Source of the DNA: Candidatus Hadarchaeota archaeon
GTDB lineage: Archaea > CAYQAE01 > CAYVLA01
Direction of reading: 5' to 3'
Length of the DNA: 64,000 nt
NCBI GenBank assembly: GCA_964621445.1
Contig: CAZUNO010000012.1
Span: 16,516-80,515 of the forward strand
The translations under genes were made by a program, and so were the position numbers. Shown here one piece after another: positions 9,511-19,337 of this stretch. A model generated the notes under the pieces. It saw only the letters and a list, made by a program, of their open reading frames with translations, had not been told where the DNA came from and ran no database searches. Within the stretch, counting starts at the first letter, position 1; each line of letters starts with the position of its first letter.

Positions 9511-10995
9511 CTAATATGACTTGGCAACCATGACCATGCACTCAGCAGGCTTGCCACATACTATGCATTTCTCACCTGGTTCGATTTTCGGTTGGCCAAA
9601 ACGAGTACCACGTACCTCTCCATCTGTATCCTCCTTAATGATATCGGCACAGGATTCTCCCTCAAAGCCCCTGGAACAAAATGGTACCTTTACGAATCCA
9701 CCCCTTTGGGAAAGAATTTCTTCCAGCTCCTCCATATTCTCTGCACTGAAGATGTGGCCCTCAAGCTCCGCGGTGGCCTTTTCCCTCAGGTTCTCAACTA
9801 TATCCTCGCCCATGGAATGTATTTCTTCCAGAGCATTTTCAAAATCCACCTGTTTCTTCTCCCCGGTATCCCTTCTTACGAGGGTCACTACCCCCGCTTT
9901 TAGGTCACGGGGGCCTATCTCGGCCCTTATGGGCACTCCCTTCATTTCCCAGTAATAGAACTTCATGCCCGGATTCTTATCAGAATCGTCAAGAGTAGCA
10001 CGCAAACCGGCTTCTTCAAGCGTTTCGAAAAACTCGCAGGACTTGGCCAATACCTCTTCCCTTTGATCCCGGAAAACAATGGGCACCACCACCACCTGGG
10101 TGGGTGCGATGGCAAAAGGTAGTATGAGACCACGTTTATCTCCGTGCACCGAAGCCAGGACGCCCAGGGTCCTGGATATCGGTGGTCCATAACATGTCTG
10201 GTGAGGAATTTTCTTCTCACCCTCGGCGTTTTCAAAACCTATGTCAAAGGCCTTGGCAAACCCTTTACCCAGGTTATGGGTGGAGGGAAGCTGTACCACT
10301 CTACCATCTGGCATGAGGGCATCGGCAGCGTATGTATCAACAGCTCCCGGGAATTTATCAAATGCCGGTCTTCTGAAGAACAGGAAGGGGATACCAAGCC
10401 TACCGCTAAGGACTGCCTTACTGGTCTCCATATCATTTTCGACCTGCTCCAGAGCCTCCTCTCCGGTGGCAAATACGTCATGTGCCTCGATCCAGAGGAA
10501 CTCCCTTCCCCTTATCAAGGGCTTAGTTGCCTTTGTATCGTATCGATATACTGCACAGCTTTGATATAACCTTAATGGCAGGTCGGTATAGGATCTTATC
10601 CATAGCGAATACATGGTATAAAATGCGGCTTCAGAGGTTGGTCTCAGTGCCAATTTTTCATCTAAATCCCCCTCTCCCGCCCTGGTCACCCAGAAGACCT
10701 CGGGAATAAACCCCTCGACATGGTCCTTTTCCTTCTCAAAGTTTCTTTCCGGAATCACCACTGGAAAGAGGGTGGGCTCATGACCCCTTTCTTCAAGTTC
10801 ATGTTCCCATGCCGAATATAGCTCCTTAACCATTCTCATTAGCCAGGGCTTATATACGACGAATCCCTTCACGTCGTATCTCAGGTCAACTAGATCCGCC
10901 GTGGTCATTATCTCATTATACCATCGAGAGAAATCGGATTTATCGATATCAAATACGTGTGCGTCTTTTTCTTCGCTTGACGTCAAAAGTCTCAC
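9511..10995 (-). CDS. proS: proline--tRNA ligase (archaeal/eukaryotic type)
   Basis: RYDVKG, LALRPTSE, PLIRGREFLWIEAH, WEMKGVPIRAEIGPRD, ends AKSY. Confidence 0.96.
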   Translation of the reverse strand: MRLLTSSEEKDAHVFDIDKSDFSRWYNEIMTTADLVDLRYDVKGFVVYKPWLMRMVKELYSAWEHELEERGHEPTLFPVVIPERNFEKEKDHVEGFIPEVFWVTRAGEGDLDEKLALRPTSEAAFYTMYSLWIRSYTDLPLRLYQSCAVYRYDTKATKPLIRGREFLWIEAHDVFATGEEALEQVENDMETSKAVLSGRLGIPFLFFRRPAFDKFPGAVDTYAADALMPDGRVVQLPSTHNLGKGFAKAFDIGFENAEGEKKIPHQTCYGPPISRTLGVLASVHGDKRGLILPFAIAPTQVVVVPIVFRDQREEVLAKSCEFFETLEEAGLRATLDDSDKNPGMKFYYWEMKGVPIRAEIGPRDLKAGVVTLVRRDTGEKKQVDFENALEEIHSMGEDIVENLREKATAELEGHIFSAENMEELEEILSQRGGFVKVPFCSRGFEGESCADIIKEDTDGEVRGTRFGQPKIEPGEKCIVCGKPAECMVMVAKSY

Positions 10996-11067
10996 TACTC
11001 CCAGACCTATAGAGAATTTTATTACTCTTTCCAGAACGCTATAATACTGTGTGATGCAGCTCCGAAC

Positions 11068-11595
11068 TCACTGCTTATCCTTTTTCCTAATGCGAATAAC
11101 CTCGCCAAGGGTCACATCACTGCCGTTGGAATGGGTATCCATCTGAATCTGCTCATCAAAAGGCTCCTCAAGCAGGTCTATCTTCAGGAATCTCTCGAGC
11201 TTCCGTGCCAATGAATTGCTAGGCACGAGGGACTCGGCCTCCAATCTATGGATTGTAGAACTTTTTTCATTTACCTTCTTGCCAAGTTCCTCCTGGGTTA
11301 GCCCCTTGCGTTCCCTGGCGGATCTAATTTCAGACCCGAAACCGTCGATTACCTCCATTTTGCTTCTTTTGGCCTGAGGACGAGTTTTTTTGGAACCCTT
11401 GGATCGTCGGCGAACCGATTTCGAGGACCGTTTCTTGGCCTGTTTCTTGGCCTGTTTCTTGGCCTGTTTCTTGGCCTGTTTCTTTTTCACTGGCTTACCG
11501 AACCTTGCACAGCGATCGCAAACGTCAAGAGTTGCTTTATCCACCCTGACGGTCGTAAGTTTCTTCACATCAGCTCCGCAGATCTCACAGATCAT
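11068..11595 (-). CDS. multiprotein bridging factor aMBF1
   Basis: CEICG...VCDRCARFG zinc ribbon; IRSARERKGLTQEELG HTH; TLGE end motif. Confidence 0.93.
   Translation of the reverse strand: MICEICGADVKKLTTVRVDKATLDVCDRCARFGKPVKKKQAKKQAKKQAKKQAKKRSSKSVRRRSKGSKKTRPQAKRSKMEVIDGFGSEIRSARERKGLTQEELGKKVNEKSSTIHRLEAESLVPSNSLARKLERFLKIDLLEEPFDEQIQMDTHSNGSDVTLGEVIRIRKKDKQ
11431..11484. repeat. 12-bp tandem repeat (4.5 copies) encoding (KKQA)n in the aMBF1 linker
   Basis: TTTCTTGGCCTG x4 followed by TTTCTT. Confidence 0.95.
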
Positions 11596-11661
11596 TTCTA
11601 CCGCCTGCCGTTAATTCCTTCTCAACTGAATATATTTAAATCGCGCGAACTCCTGTCCTTT

Positions 11662-12858
11662 TTGGAGCGTGGAGTATTGTCAGAGGCCGGTGCGGCCAGC
11701 GAAACGGACGAAGTGATAAGTACGAATATACAGCTCCACAAGAAGATTAGATACCTGGAGTTCGAGAAGAGGAATATCGAACGCGAGTATCTTAGACTTG
11801 AGAAGGAGCTCAAAACCCTCAGGTCCGAGATTCGTAAAATGCACGAAGCACCGCTTATCTCAGCCTCAGTCATAGAAAAATTGACTGACGACAGGGCCAT
11901 AGTCCGGTGCCATAACGGAGAATTCGTGGTTGAGGTTTCCGAGTACATTGAACCCGAGGACCTAGATCCCGGGTCCAGGGTAGCCCTTAACAGCAGAAAT
12001 TATACCGTGGTCGAGGCCATGCCAGCGCCAAAGGATCCTCTGGTCCTGGGCATGGAACTGCTCGAGAAGCCCCCCGTGTCATACGAGGATATCGGCGGTC
12101 TGAGCGAACAGATACAGGAGCTCCGTGAAATCGTTGAACTCAGCCTGACGGACGTTGAACTCTTCAACAAGGTAGGCGTGGAACCACCCAAGGGAGTTCT
12201 CCTCCATGGACCCCCGGGAACCGGAAAGACCATGGCAGCAAAGGCCGTGGCCAGGCAGACGAATGCCACCTTCATCAGGATCGTTGGTTCTGAACTGGTC
12301 AAGAAGTACATCGGAGAGGGGGCAAGAATGGTCCGGGAAGTATTCCAGTTTGCGGAGGAAAGAGAGCCCTGCATAATTTTCATTGACGAACTGGACGCAA
12401 TAGGGGCCAGGAGGGTGGACAGCGGCACCAGCTCCGACCGGGAGGTTCAGAGGACTTTAATGCAGCTATTATCGGAGATAGATGGTTTTGACCCCTGTGG
12501 AAACGTAAAGGTCGTGGGAGCAACCAATAGATCAGATATCCTGGACCCCGCCCTGCTGAGATCTGGAAGGTTCGATAGACTCATCGAATTCCCTCTCCCC
12601 AGCCGGGAGGCCCGCCTCAGCATACTAAAGATCCACACCAGGGACATGAATCTGGAATCCGTGGACCTGGATGCCATAGCCAATTTGACCGAGGAGGCAT
12701 CGGGAGCAGATCTGAAGAATATCTGTACCGAGGCTGGAATGTTTGCAATCAGGGATAGAAGGGAGCATATAATACAGGATGACCTGAAGGCGGCAATAAA
12801 CAAGGTTATGAACTCGCCCATCAATAGCACCAGAGAAACCTCGGCTGTTTACGTCTAG
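11662..12858 (+). CDS. pan: proteasome-activating nucleotidase
   Basis: N-terminal coiled coil, GPPGTGKT, KYIGEGA, FIDELD, DPALLRSGRFDR, HbYX tail VYV; divergent from aMBF1. Confidence 0.96.
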   Translation: MERGVLSEAGAASETDEVISTNIQLHKKIRYLEFEKRNIEREYLRLEKELKTLRSEIRKMHEAPLISASVIEKLTDDRAIVRCHNGEFVVEVSEYIEPEDLDPGSRVALNSRNYTVVEAMPAPKDPLVLGMELLEKPPVSYEDIGGLSEQIQELREIVELSLTDVELFNKVGVEPPKGVLLHGPPGTGKTMAAKAVARQTNATFIRIVGSELVKKYIGEGARMVREVFQFAEEREPCIIFIDELDAIGARRVDSGTSSDREVQRTLMQLLSEIDGFDPCGNVKVVGATNRSDILDPALLRSGRFDRLIEFPLPSREARLSILKIHTRDMNLESVDLDAIANLTEEASGADLKNICTEAGMFAIRDRREHIIQDDLKAAINKVMNSPINSTRETSAVYV

Positions 12859-13547
12859 TCCCGCTCAAGCGATGAGGTAAACGCCCTTGCCGATTCCGAT
12901 GAAGAAGATCTTGAGTTCCGAGCTTGGCGGAAACTGGCCAGCTTATTCCTAACCGATGCTAGCGTTTCTCGATCATTTATGTTGGTGAAACAGCCCAGCG
13001 AAGGGTCAAATCTTTTGATCCTGAAAACAGGAAGATACCTGGTTCGAAGACCATCGAAAAGCCTCCTAACCCGGAGGATTCGATCACGGCAGACTCCATT
13101 CAACCAGCCAATGGCTGGCTCCCTCCTTATTACCGAGTGAAGGGGCTCCAGGTACCCGTTTGGGTGCTTCGGAACTGTGGCTTGAAAGTTACCCATGAAT
13201 CTCCTCTGGAAATCTATTATCCTCTCATCGATGAGGGGCATATCCGCGCCGACCAGAAATACCAAATCTGTCCGTAAACTTAGACATCCGGCCAATATCC
13301 CTCCCAAGATGCCTTTCCCCTCATCCCTTACCGTCCTCTTGCCAGTCAGTTCACTGTACAGCTTTTCCCTTTCGCTGTCCCTGGTACAAATTACCACGTG
13401 CTCCATGAAATCCAGGCGTGAAACGACCTCCTGTATCAGGGCATTTCCGTTGCCCAAACTGGACAGAGCCTTGTCCCCGGGGCCAAACCGGATGGAGTCC
13501 CCGCCGGCCAGGACTATTGCCCCCATATCAGGTTCCGGGTCAGGCAT
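12855..13547 (-). CDS. mobA: molybdenum cofactor guanylyltransferase
   Basis: IVLAGGDSIRFG..DKAL, GADMP, LEPLHS, FTNIN. Confidence 0.85.
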   Translation of the reverse strand: MPDPEPDMGAIVLAGGDSIRFGPGDKALSSLGNGNALIQEVVSRLDFMEHVVICTRDSEREKLYSELTGKRTVRDEGKGILGGILAGCLSLRTDLVFLVGADMPLIDERIIDFQRRFMGNFQATVPKHPNGYLEPLHSVIRREPAIGWLNGVCRDRILRVRRLFDGLRTRYLPVFRIKRFDPSLGCFTNINDRETLASVRNKLASFRQARNSRSSSSESARAFTSSLERD

Positions 13548-14305
13548 CAGTCCTCACCTTGCCGAGGGTGACCAAGGTCTTCAATCTTTCCAAGTATGGT
13601 TCCATCGATCAGGATTACGGTTGACCCTGGAATATCGAGACAATTGCTTGCCATGGGTCCCAGAGGCTTATCCACGTTAAAGCCCGTTCCTCCAAGCAAT
13701 TTATTGAAACTGGGGAGAACGATGACCTTGAGGTCCCGATTATATTCCCCCATTCTCGAGGGATACCTTTCCTCCAGTTTCTCCCAGATCGGGTTGGACT
13801 CGATGAAACAGGGGAGTCTCTTCTCCACTCCCAAGGCGTCCTTTAGCACGATGGCCGGGTGACTATGGCCCATAACCAGGTATTTACAGTCCAGTAGGTC
13901 ACGTTCAGGCCAGGTATGTCCGTGAAAGAACCCTACCCCACCCCGCACCTCCCCGCGGGTTTTTCCAAATGAAACCTTATCCGCATGTATGATGGACTCC
14001 AAACCACCGTCGTGGTTGCCCTTGATTATGGTGGTTTCCACGGGCATGGCCCTAGCGAACTGCTCAAGCTCTTCGAACTCCCAGTCGCCCACGTACGGAA
14101 TATTGTGCTTGAAATCACCAAGGATTATCAACTCTCTGGGATCTAGCCTCTCGGATAGAGAAAGTAGGCGCTTCCTCATCTCCCCGGTCTGGGAGGGGAT
14201 TCTTAGGCCATTCTGAAGAAGTTCAAATTCATAACCCAGGTGTAGGTCGGCTACTACTAGCACGTCCTCTCCGGATAGGAATAGTCCCCTATTCACTGGG
14301 CGCAT
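13547..14305 (-). CDS. calcineurin-like metallophosphoesterase
   Basis: ADLHLGYE, LGDFKH, KGNHD, HGH, GHSHP, LPSFN. Confidence 0.9.
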   Translation of the reverse strand: MRPVNRGLFLSGEDVLVVADLHLGYEFELLQNGLRIPSQTGEMRKRLLSLSERLDPRELIILGDFKHNIPYVGDWEFEELEQFARAMPVETTIIKGNHDGGLESIIHADKVSFGKTRGEVRGGVGFFHGHTWPERDLLDCKYLVMGHSHPAIVLKDALGVEKRLPCFIESNPIWEKLEERYPSRMGEYNRDLKVIVLPSFNKLLGGTGFNVDKPLGPMASNCLDIPGSTVILIDGTILGKIEDLGHPRQGED

Positions 14306-14371
14306 CTGACCTAGGTGGTAGCGGTCACTGAAAAGTGCTCGCGCCGATTAGGTTTTTTCTCGATGGATGGC

Positions 14372-15508
14372 TCATTCAATTTCCACGGAGGGAGGGTTTA
14401 TGAAATCGTGATACTTCTCTCCAGCCTCTGCCTTCTCGGTTGTCCCGTCATGGATGTAAAGCCTGTAACGGAAGCTTAGGGTCTCACCTGCACCGAGCTT
14501 ATAGTCGCCGTTGGCCGGTTTATCTCCGTAGAAATAGGATAGCCCGAAACAATTTGCGGTCATCAGGCCATAATTTCTCACGTGCCAGTTCGTGGGATGT
14601 CGCAGGTTATCGGTGTCCTCGAATACGGTGATACCGGCGGTCTTTCCCTCGGTGGGTCCGTAATAGTCACACCAGTGGGCCTTCTTCCCCCAGGTCTCGG
14701 GCTCATTCACCCCACCATAGGAGTTGATAATGGTCCCCTCTCTCTTTACGTCCATTGAACTTGCCACCCTCACTGAGATTATGCCTCCTTCCTTGGTATC
14801 ACCAAAGACCACATCTCCTTCGGTGGCTGTGAAATCCACATCGACATCGATTATGTATCCTTTATCCCCGACATTGTAGAAGGTGAAGGCGCTCCTCTCT
14901 TCCATAATTTTGTTCTTATCGGCATCTACCCAGTCGTTTAGGGTCGATATTTTGGCAAAAACCGGGCCTGACGTGCGATCTAGGAAATCTCGATGCAGGG
15001 TAAAGCCGTGTCCCTCTCCCTGGCTCCAATTATCTACGCCATTCACATCCCCGTGCGCAATCCAGATGGATTTATGATGGGGATGATCGTCGGTCTCCCC
15101 CGGAACGTCCTTGATCATGGGGAATGACCTGGTGACCTTTGCACCACATGGAGCCCGGACCGGGAATAGGTAGGGACGAATGAAATCCTCACCATCATAG
15201 ACATATGTAGTAAAGGCCTCTCCATTTATCTTGACATCAACCGCGTTCTCCGCGTCTGAAAGCTCGGCAAGTCCATCCGCTTCCATTTCCTCATCCTTGA
15301 GAACGAATTTGCGGCTTTCGCCTGCCTTAAGCTCATTCAGCAGAAAGGTGACCGTGCATCCTTCCTCGGAGGTCTCTACCTGTCCGGGAAATTTGTTTCC
15401 CTTTGGGTCAACGAGAACTGCTTTTTGGATATCCTCGCCTAGAGATATCTTGACCGGGCAATTTTTCCGATCGTGATTGCCGGCATCTATGGTAACTTGT
15501 TTTTCCAT
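14372..15508 (-). CDS. DUF6807 ('PmoA family') protein, sugar-cluster associated
   Basis: RPYLFPV, DHPHHKSIW, FGDTKEGG, HPTNWHVRNYG. Confidence 0.8.
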   Translation of the reverse strand: MEKQVTIDAGNHDRKNCPVKISLGEDIQKAVLVDPKGNKFPGQVETSEEGCTVTFLLNELKAGESRKFVLKDEEMEADGLAELSDAENAVDVKINGEAFTTYVYDGEDFIRPYLFPVRAPCGAKVTRSFPMIKDVPGETDDHPHHKSIWIAHGDVNGVDNWSQGEGHGFTLHRDFLDRTSGPVFAKISTLNDWVDADKNKIMEERSAFTFYNVGDKGYIIDVDVDFTATEGDVVFGDTKEGGIISVRVASSMDVKREGTIINSYGGVNEPETWGKKAHWCDYYGPTEGKTAGITVFEDTDNLRHPTNWHVRNYGLMTANCFGLSYFYGDKPANGDYKLGAGETLSFRYRLYIHDGTTEKAEAGEKYHDFINPPSVEIE

Positions 15509-15606
15509 TTGGGACTACTCTCCAGTAGGACCCCTTCTATTATTCTTATAACTATTATCCAGATTGACCAAGCTCTCGCTTTATGGACATGAGCGGACCA
15601 GGACAG

Positions 15607-16707
15607 TCATGTACGGTATTTTTCGATCTTTCTCTCGTCGATATCTATTCCCAGGCCCTTTCCTTTGGGCAATATGATTTTGCCTTCATCCAATTCCGGT
15701 GTTTTGGATAGCAAATGATCTTGAAGCATCCAAGGTCCTATGAGTTCCGCTCCATAATCGAATACATCCGAGGTTACGGCGAGCTGGAGGCCGGCAAGGG
15801 TACCTATGCCCAGCTCAGGCATGCTTCCCAGCATGCAGCTCATGTCCCACCCTTCCGCCATATGACCCAATTTGAGCGACGGGTGCAATCCTCCTGGTTT
15901 CATTATCTTGATGTTGAATATATCGGCCGCCGCCAGATCCAATACTCTTCGTCCATCATCCATGTTGTAGAGGCTTTCATCAACCATGACCGGGATGTCG
16001 ATTCTTCTCCTTAGCTCCGCCAATCCCTGAAGGTGGTCTCTAGGTAACGGCTGCTCGAAGACTGAAACGTCAAGTTCCTGTAGCCTCTCCCCCACCTCTA
16101 TAGAGGTATCCAGATTATATCCCTGGTTGGCATCCACCTTTATATTGACCTTCTGACCCACTGATTCCCGAACAACCCTCACCCTCTCGATGTCCTTTTC
16201 CGCATCCTTTCCTATCTTGATCTTTATGGTCCTAAATCCCTTTTTTGAAAACATCAGTGACTCATCGGCCATCTTCTCCGCGGATTTGAATCCTATGGCC
16301 CAAGATAGGTCAACCGAGCCAGCTACCGCTCCCCCTAGAAGAGAATTTATCGCGATTCCCAGACTCCTAGCCGCCAGGTCATGCATTGCTATATCAATCC
16401 CTGCAGCTGCAAAGGTATTTACCTTCCTTCTACCCATTTCCATATGGAGCTTTTCGATCCTCAAGGGATCCATACCGATCAAATTCGGTAAAATATCCTC
16501 CGTCTCTTTGATGACCTTGGCCTGGGTCTCCTTAGAGTAGGAGGACATGGGCGCAGACTCGCCATAGCCCACCTCACCATTGCTCCCGATGGCCTTGACT
16601 ATTACGTGCCTGGCATTTTCGGCAACCCCGCCGGTTATCTCAAAGGGTTCTATGAAGGGAACCGATACCGGAATGACCTCCAAATCTGATACGATCATGC
16701 GGATCAC
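15607..16707 (-). CDS. mandelate racemase/muconate lactonizing enzyme family protein
   Basis: GYGE, KIKIG, DANQG, EQP, DES, NIKIMK. Confidence 0.9.
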   Translation of the reverse strand: MIRMIVSDLEVIPVSVPFIEPFEITGGVAENARHVIVKAIGSNGEVGYGESAPMSSYSKETQAKVIKETEDILPNLIGMDPLRIEKLHMEMGRRKVNTFAAAGIDIAMHDLAARSLGIAINSLLGGAVAGSVDLSWAIGFKSAEKMADESLMFSKKGFRTIKIKIGKDAEKDIERVRVVRESVGQKVNIKVDANQGYNLDTSIEVGERLQELDVSVFEQPLPRDHLQGLAELRRRIDIPVMVDESLYNMDDGRRVLDLAAADIFNIKIMKPGGLHPSLKLGHMAEGWDMSCMLGSMPELGIGTLAGLQLAVTSDVFDYGAELIGPWMLQDHLLSKTPELDEGKIILPKGKGLGIDIDERKIEKYRT

Positions 16708-17711
16708 CGTAGTAACTGAGTTGCCACATCCAGATATATCTCCGACGCCTGTTTAACCTGGGCCAAGTCCACGAACTCATCCGGTGAATGCGCCTGGGAA
16801 ACCTCACCAGGTCCCAATACAAGCGCATCGGCACCCGCATCATTTCTGAAGGGATCTGCCTCAGTCCAACCTCTAAAACCAATGGGATCCATGGCCATTC
16901 CCAACACGTTCTTTTCAGCTCTCAAAACAGAATCCAATAGTGATGAATCATGTTTGGTTTCCATTGGTTCCCCGCTCTTAAAGACCTCCAGAGCCCCCCA
17001 TTTCTCTGCCAGGGGGCAGATAGATGTTAAGGCCTCCTGGACAGAGGTACCGGGCATCACCCTAACGTCGACCTTTGCCCTGCAGTGGTCAGGAATCCTA
17101 TTCGTTGTGTCTCCCCCTTTTATCACTCCTAGGTTGGTGGAGGGCTTTCCCACAAATGGGTGATCTTTAAATCCAGAAACATATTCATCAATATCGCGGT
17201 AGTAATCGACCATTCTGGTTATTGCATTCCGCCCTTTCCAGGGAGAAGAGCCGTGGCCACCGGTTCCCGTCGTTTCCAGGATCAGGAATATTAGCCCGCT
17301 ATGAGCAACTACCGGAGACAACCCAGTAGGCTCACCAACAACCGCGAGATCACAATCATATCCCTTCTGGATACAGGTTCTCACCCCCCTGCTGGAGACC
17401 TCTTCATCAACGGAAATTAGGAGATCCAGGCGTCCTGAAACACCCTGCTCATCGACCCTTGAGAATGCATCAAGCATCGAAACCAGGCTCGCCTTGTCGT
17501 CGCAGGAACCTAGGCCCCTCACCAGATTATCATCGCATGTCGATTTCGGGACCGACCTACCACTAGGGGGGACGGTATCCGAATGGGCGTTTAAGCATAA
17601 CACGGGTTTACCTGAACCCTTGGAGGCCAGCAAATTGAACCTATCATCTTTCATGGGGATGCGCGATACCTCCGGGGCGATCTTACGGAGAAGCTCCTCC
17701 AAAAATATCAT
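16704..17711 (-). CDS. M20 (ArgE/DapE-like) metallo-amidohydrolase
   Basis: AHSDTVP, GLGSCDDK, DEE, GEPT, GHGS, AHSPDE; family-like N-terminus LCDLVDLESTTGNE continues in frame upstream to ~17780. Confidence 0.9.
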   Translation of the reverse strand: MIFLEELLRKIAPEVSRIPMKDDRFNLLASKGSGKPVLCLNAHSDTVPPSGRSVPKSTCDDNLVRGLGSCDDKASLVSMLDAFSRVDEQGVSGRLDLLISVDEEVSSRGVRTCIQKGYDCDLAVVGEPTGLSPVVAHSGLIFLILETTGTGGHGSSPWKGRNAITRMVDYYRDIDEYVSGFKDHPFVGKPSTNLGVIKGGDTTNRIPDHCRAKVDVRVMPGTSVQEALTSICPLAEKWGALEVFKSGEPMETKHDSSLLDSVLRAEKNVLGMAMDPIGFRGWTEADPFRNDAGADALVLGPGEVSQAHSPDEFVDLAQVKQASEIYLDVATQLLR

Positions 17712-17801
17712 TATCTTCTCTTCGTTACCTGTAGTGCTCTCAAGATCAACCAGATCACAGAGAGTTTCTCTCAGTTTCGTAATATCTCCTCATGATATCG
17801 C

Positions 17802-18638
17802 TTAGGATCTCCTGTCCTCTACCACTTCATTTGTAAGTACATCCAAGCCCTCAACCTCGCACTCCACGACATCACCTGGCACTATGGGGCTAATTCCTTC
17901 CGGCGTGCCGGTTGATATGACATCCCCTGGCTCCAGGGTCATATGTCGTGAAATGAACTCTACTAACTCGTCTATGGGGAATATCATGTCCCCCGTATTT
18001 GCCTTCTGTCTCACCTGGGAATTCACCCTGCATTCAAGCTCCAGGTCCTGTGGGTTTCCGATCTCGTCCCTGGTGGTTAGCCAAGGACCAAAGGGACAGA
18101 ATGTGTCCAGGCTCTTTGATCGGAACCAAGGATTTCTAGCATCTATATCCCTTTTTTGCATCTCCCGGGCGGAGACATCGTTTAGAATGGTATAGCCGAA
18201 GATCTTTCCCAGAAACTCCTCCTTGGGGGTACGAGTAGCGAAATCACTAATTATTACGGCAAGCTCTACCTCGTGATCCACTCTTTCACAAATATCGTGA
18301 TGTATAATTACATCTCCCTGCCCGGCCACCGCACTCGAAGCCTTTGGAAATATGATGGGTTCATCCGGAACCGACATTCCAGATTCCTCGGCATGTGCTG
18401 CATAGTTCCTCCCTAGACATACGATCTTACCGGGCCTGCTAATGGGAGGTAGGATATTTACCTCCTCCAGAGGGATTCCCTTTTGCTCCTGGACAATATC
18501 CTCGATTTCGTTAAGACTGGAGTTGAAGCGGGCAACCAGTCTCTTCATCGAACGGTGATAATCAACCGGAAGAACCTCGTCTCCATCCTTGATTCCTATC
18601 CTCGTTTTTCTTCCATCCCGAAAACGTAATAACTTCAC
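17802..18638 (-). CDS. fumarylacetoacetate hydrolase family protein
   Basis: KIVCLGRNYAAH, DHEVELAV, NDVSAR, KSLDTFCP, GDVISTGTP. Confidence 0.93.
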   Translation of the reverse strand: MKLLRFRDGRKTRIGIKDGDEVLPVDYHRSMKRLVARFNSSLNEIEDIVQEQKGIPLEEVNILPPISRPGKIVCLGRNYAAHAEESGMSVPDEPIIFPKASSAVAGQGDVIIHHDICERVDHEVELAVIISDFATRTPKEEFLGKIFGYTILNDVSAREMQKRDIDARNPWFRSKSLDTFCPFGPWLTTRDEIGNPQDLELECRVNSQVRQKANTGDMIFPIDELVEFISRHMTLEPGDVISTGTPEGISPIVPGDVVECEVEGLDVLTNEVVEDRRS

Positions 18639-18641
18639 CTT

Positions 18642-19262
18642 CTATTCCTCCATTACCACAACTCTAGCTGGAGCTGCATCTATACCCTCTATTCTAAGTG
18701 GGAGGGCAATTAATGTCACCTCGTCTTCCGTGATACGGTCCAGGCCGATCACGTTCTCAATCTGGCACCCGCCCGCTCCCAGGATGACGTTATGGACATT
18801 CAGGGTAAGGGGCAGGTCTACCACCAAAGCCCGCACCCCTTTCTCCACCAGAAGCTTCGCGAAACCGGTAGTGACCCGGGGAAAATCATCATAGTAGTCA
18901 TCCTGACCCCAGTGTTCATACCATCCGGTATCCAATATGATCCTCTCTTGATCGATCATACCGGGGGCCACGTCCCCTCTATCGATTTCCTCATTGGGTT
19001 CCACATCAACCCTAAGCACCCTTGCTGGGCCGATCAGATTTTGAAGGGAAATCCGATCAATGGGGGTCCCTCCCTCTATCATATGCAAAGGGGCATCGAT
19101 GTGGGTGCCAGAATGACTTCCCATTACAATTCTGCTCGTGCGGCAATCAACTTCCTCGTAGTTTCCCTCTTGGGATACCTTAACGCGCACGTGGTCCGGC
19201 CTCGGGAACCTGAACATGTCCGTGGTTACGGGGACGGAAATGTCGATAATCTTCAAAGCCAA
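18642..19262 (-). CDS. cyclase family (kynurenine formamidase-like) protein
   Basis: HSGTHIDAPLH, IENV, ALPLRIEGIDAAPARV. Confidence 0.9.
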   Translation of the reverse strand: MALKIIDISVPVTTDMFRFPRPDHVRVKVSQEGNYEEVDCRTSRIVMGSHSGTHIDAPLHMIEGGTPIDRISLQNLIGPARVLRVDVEPNEEIDRGDVAPGMIDQERIILDTGWYEHWGQDDYYDDFPRVTTGFAKLLVEKGVRALVVDLPLTLNVHNVILGAGGCQIENVIGLDRITEDEVTLIALPLRIEGIDAAPARVVVMEE

Positions 19263-19337
19263 TCACCGGGTGTTCTGCTCAGATGATAACTCTCTTAAGG
19301 TTTTTGTAGATCAAGGCAGCTCTCTTAAAAATCAAAA

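Noticed and set aside
14372-15508. 'PmoA' label plus mch suggesting methane oxidation
   Set aside because: This is the soluble DUF6807-type family, not the membrane pMMO subunit; no pmoB/C or mcr genes are present.
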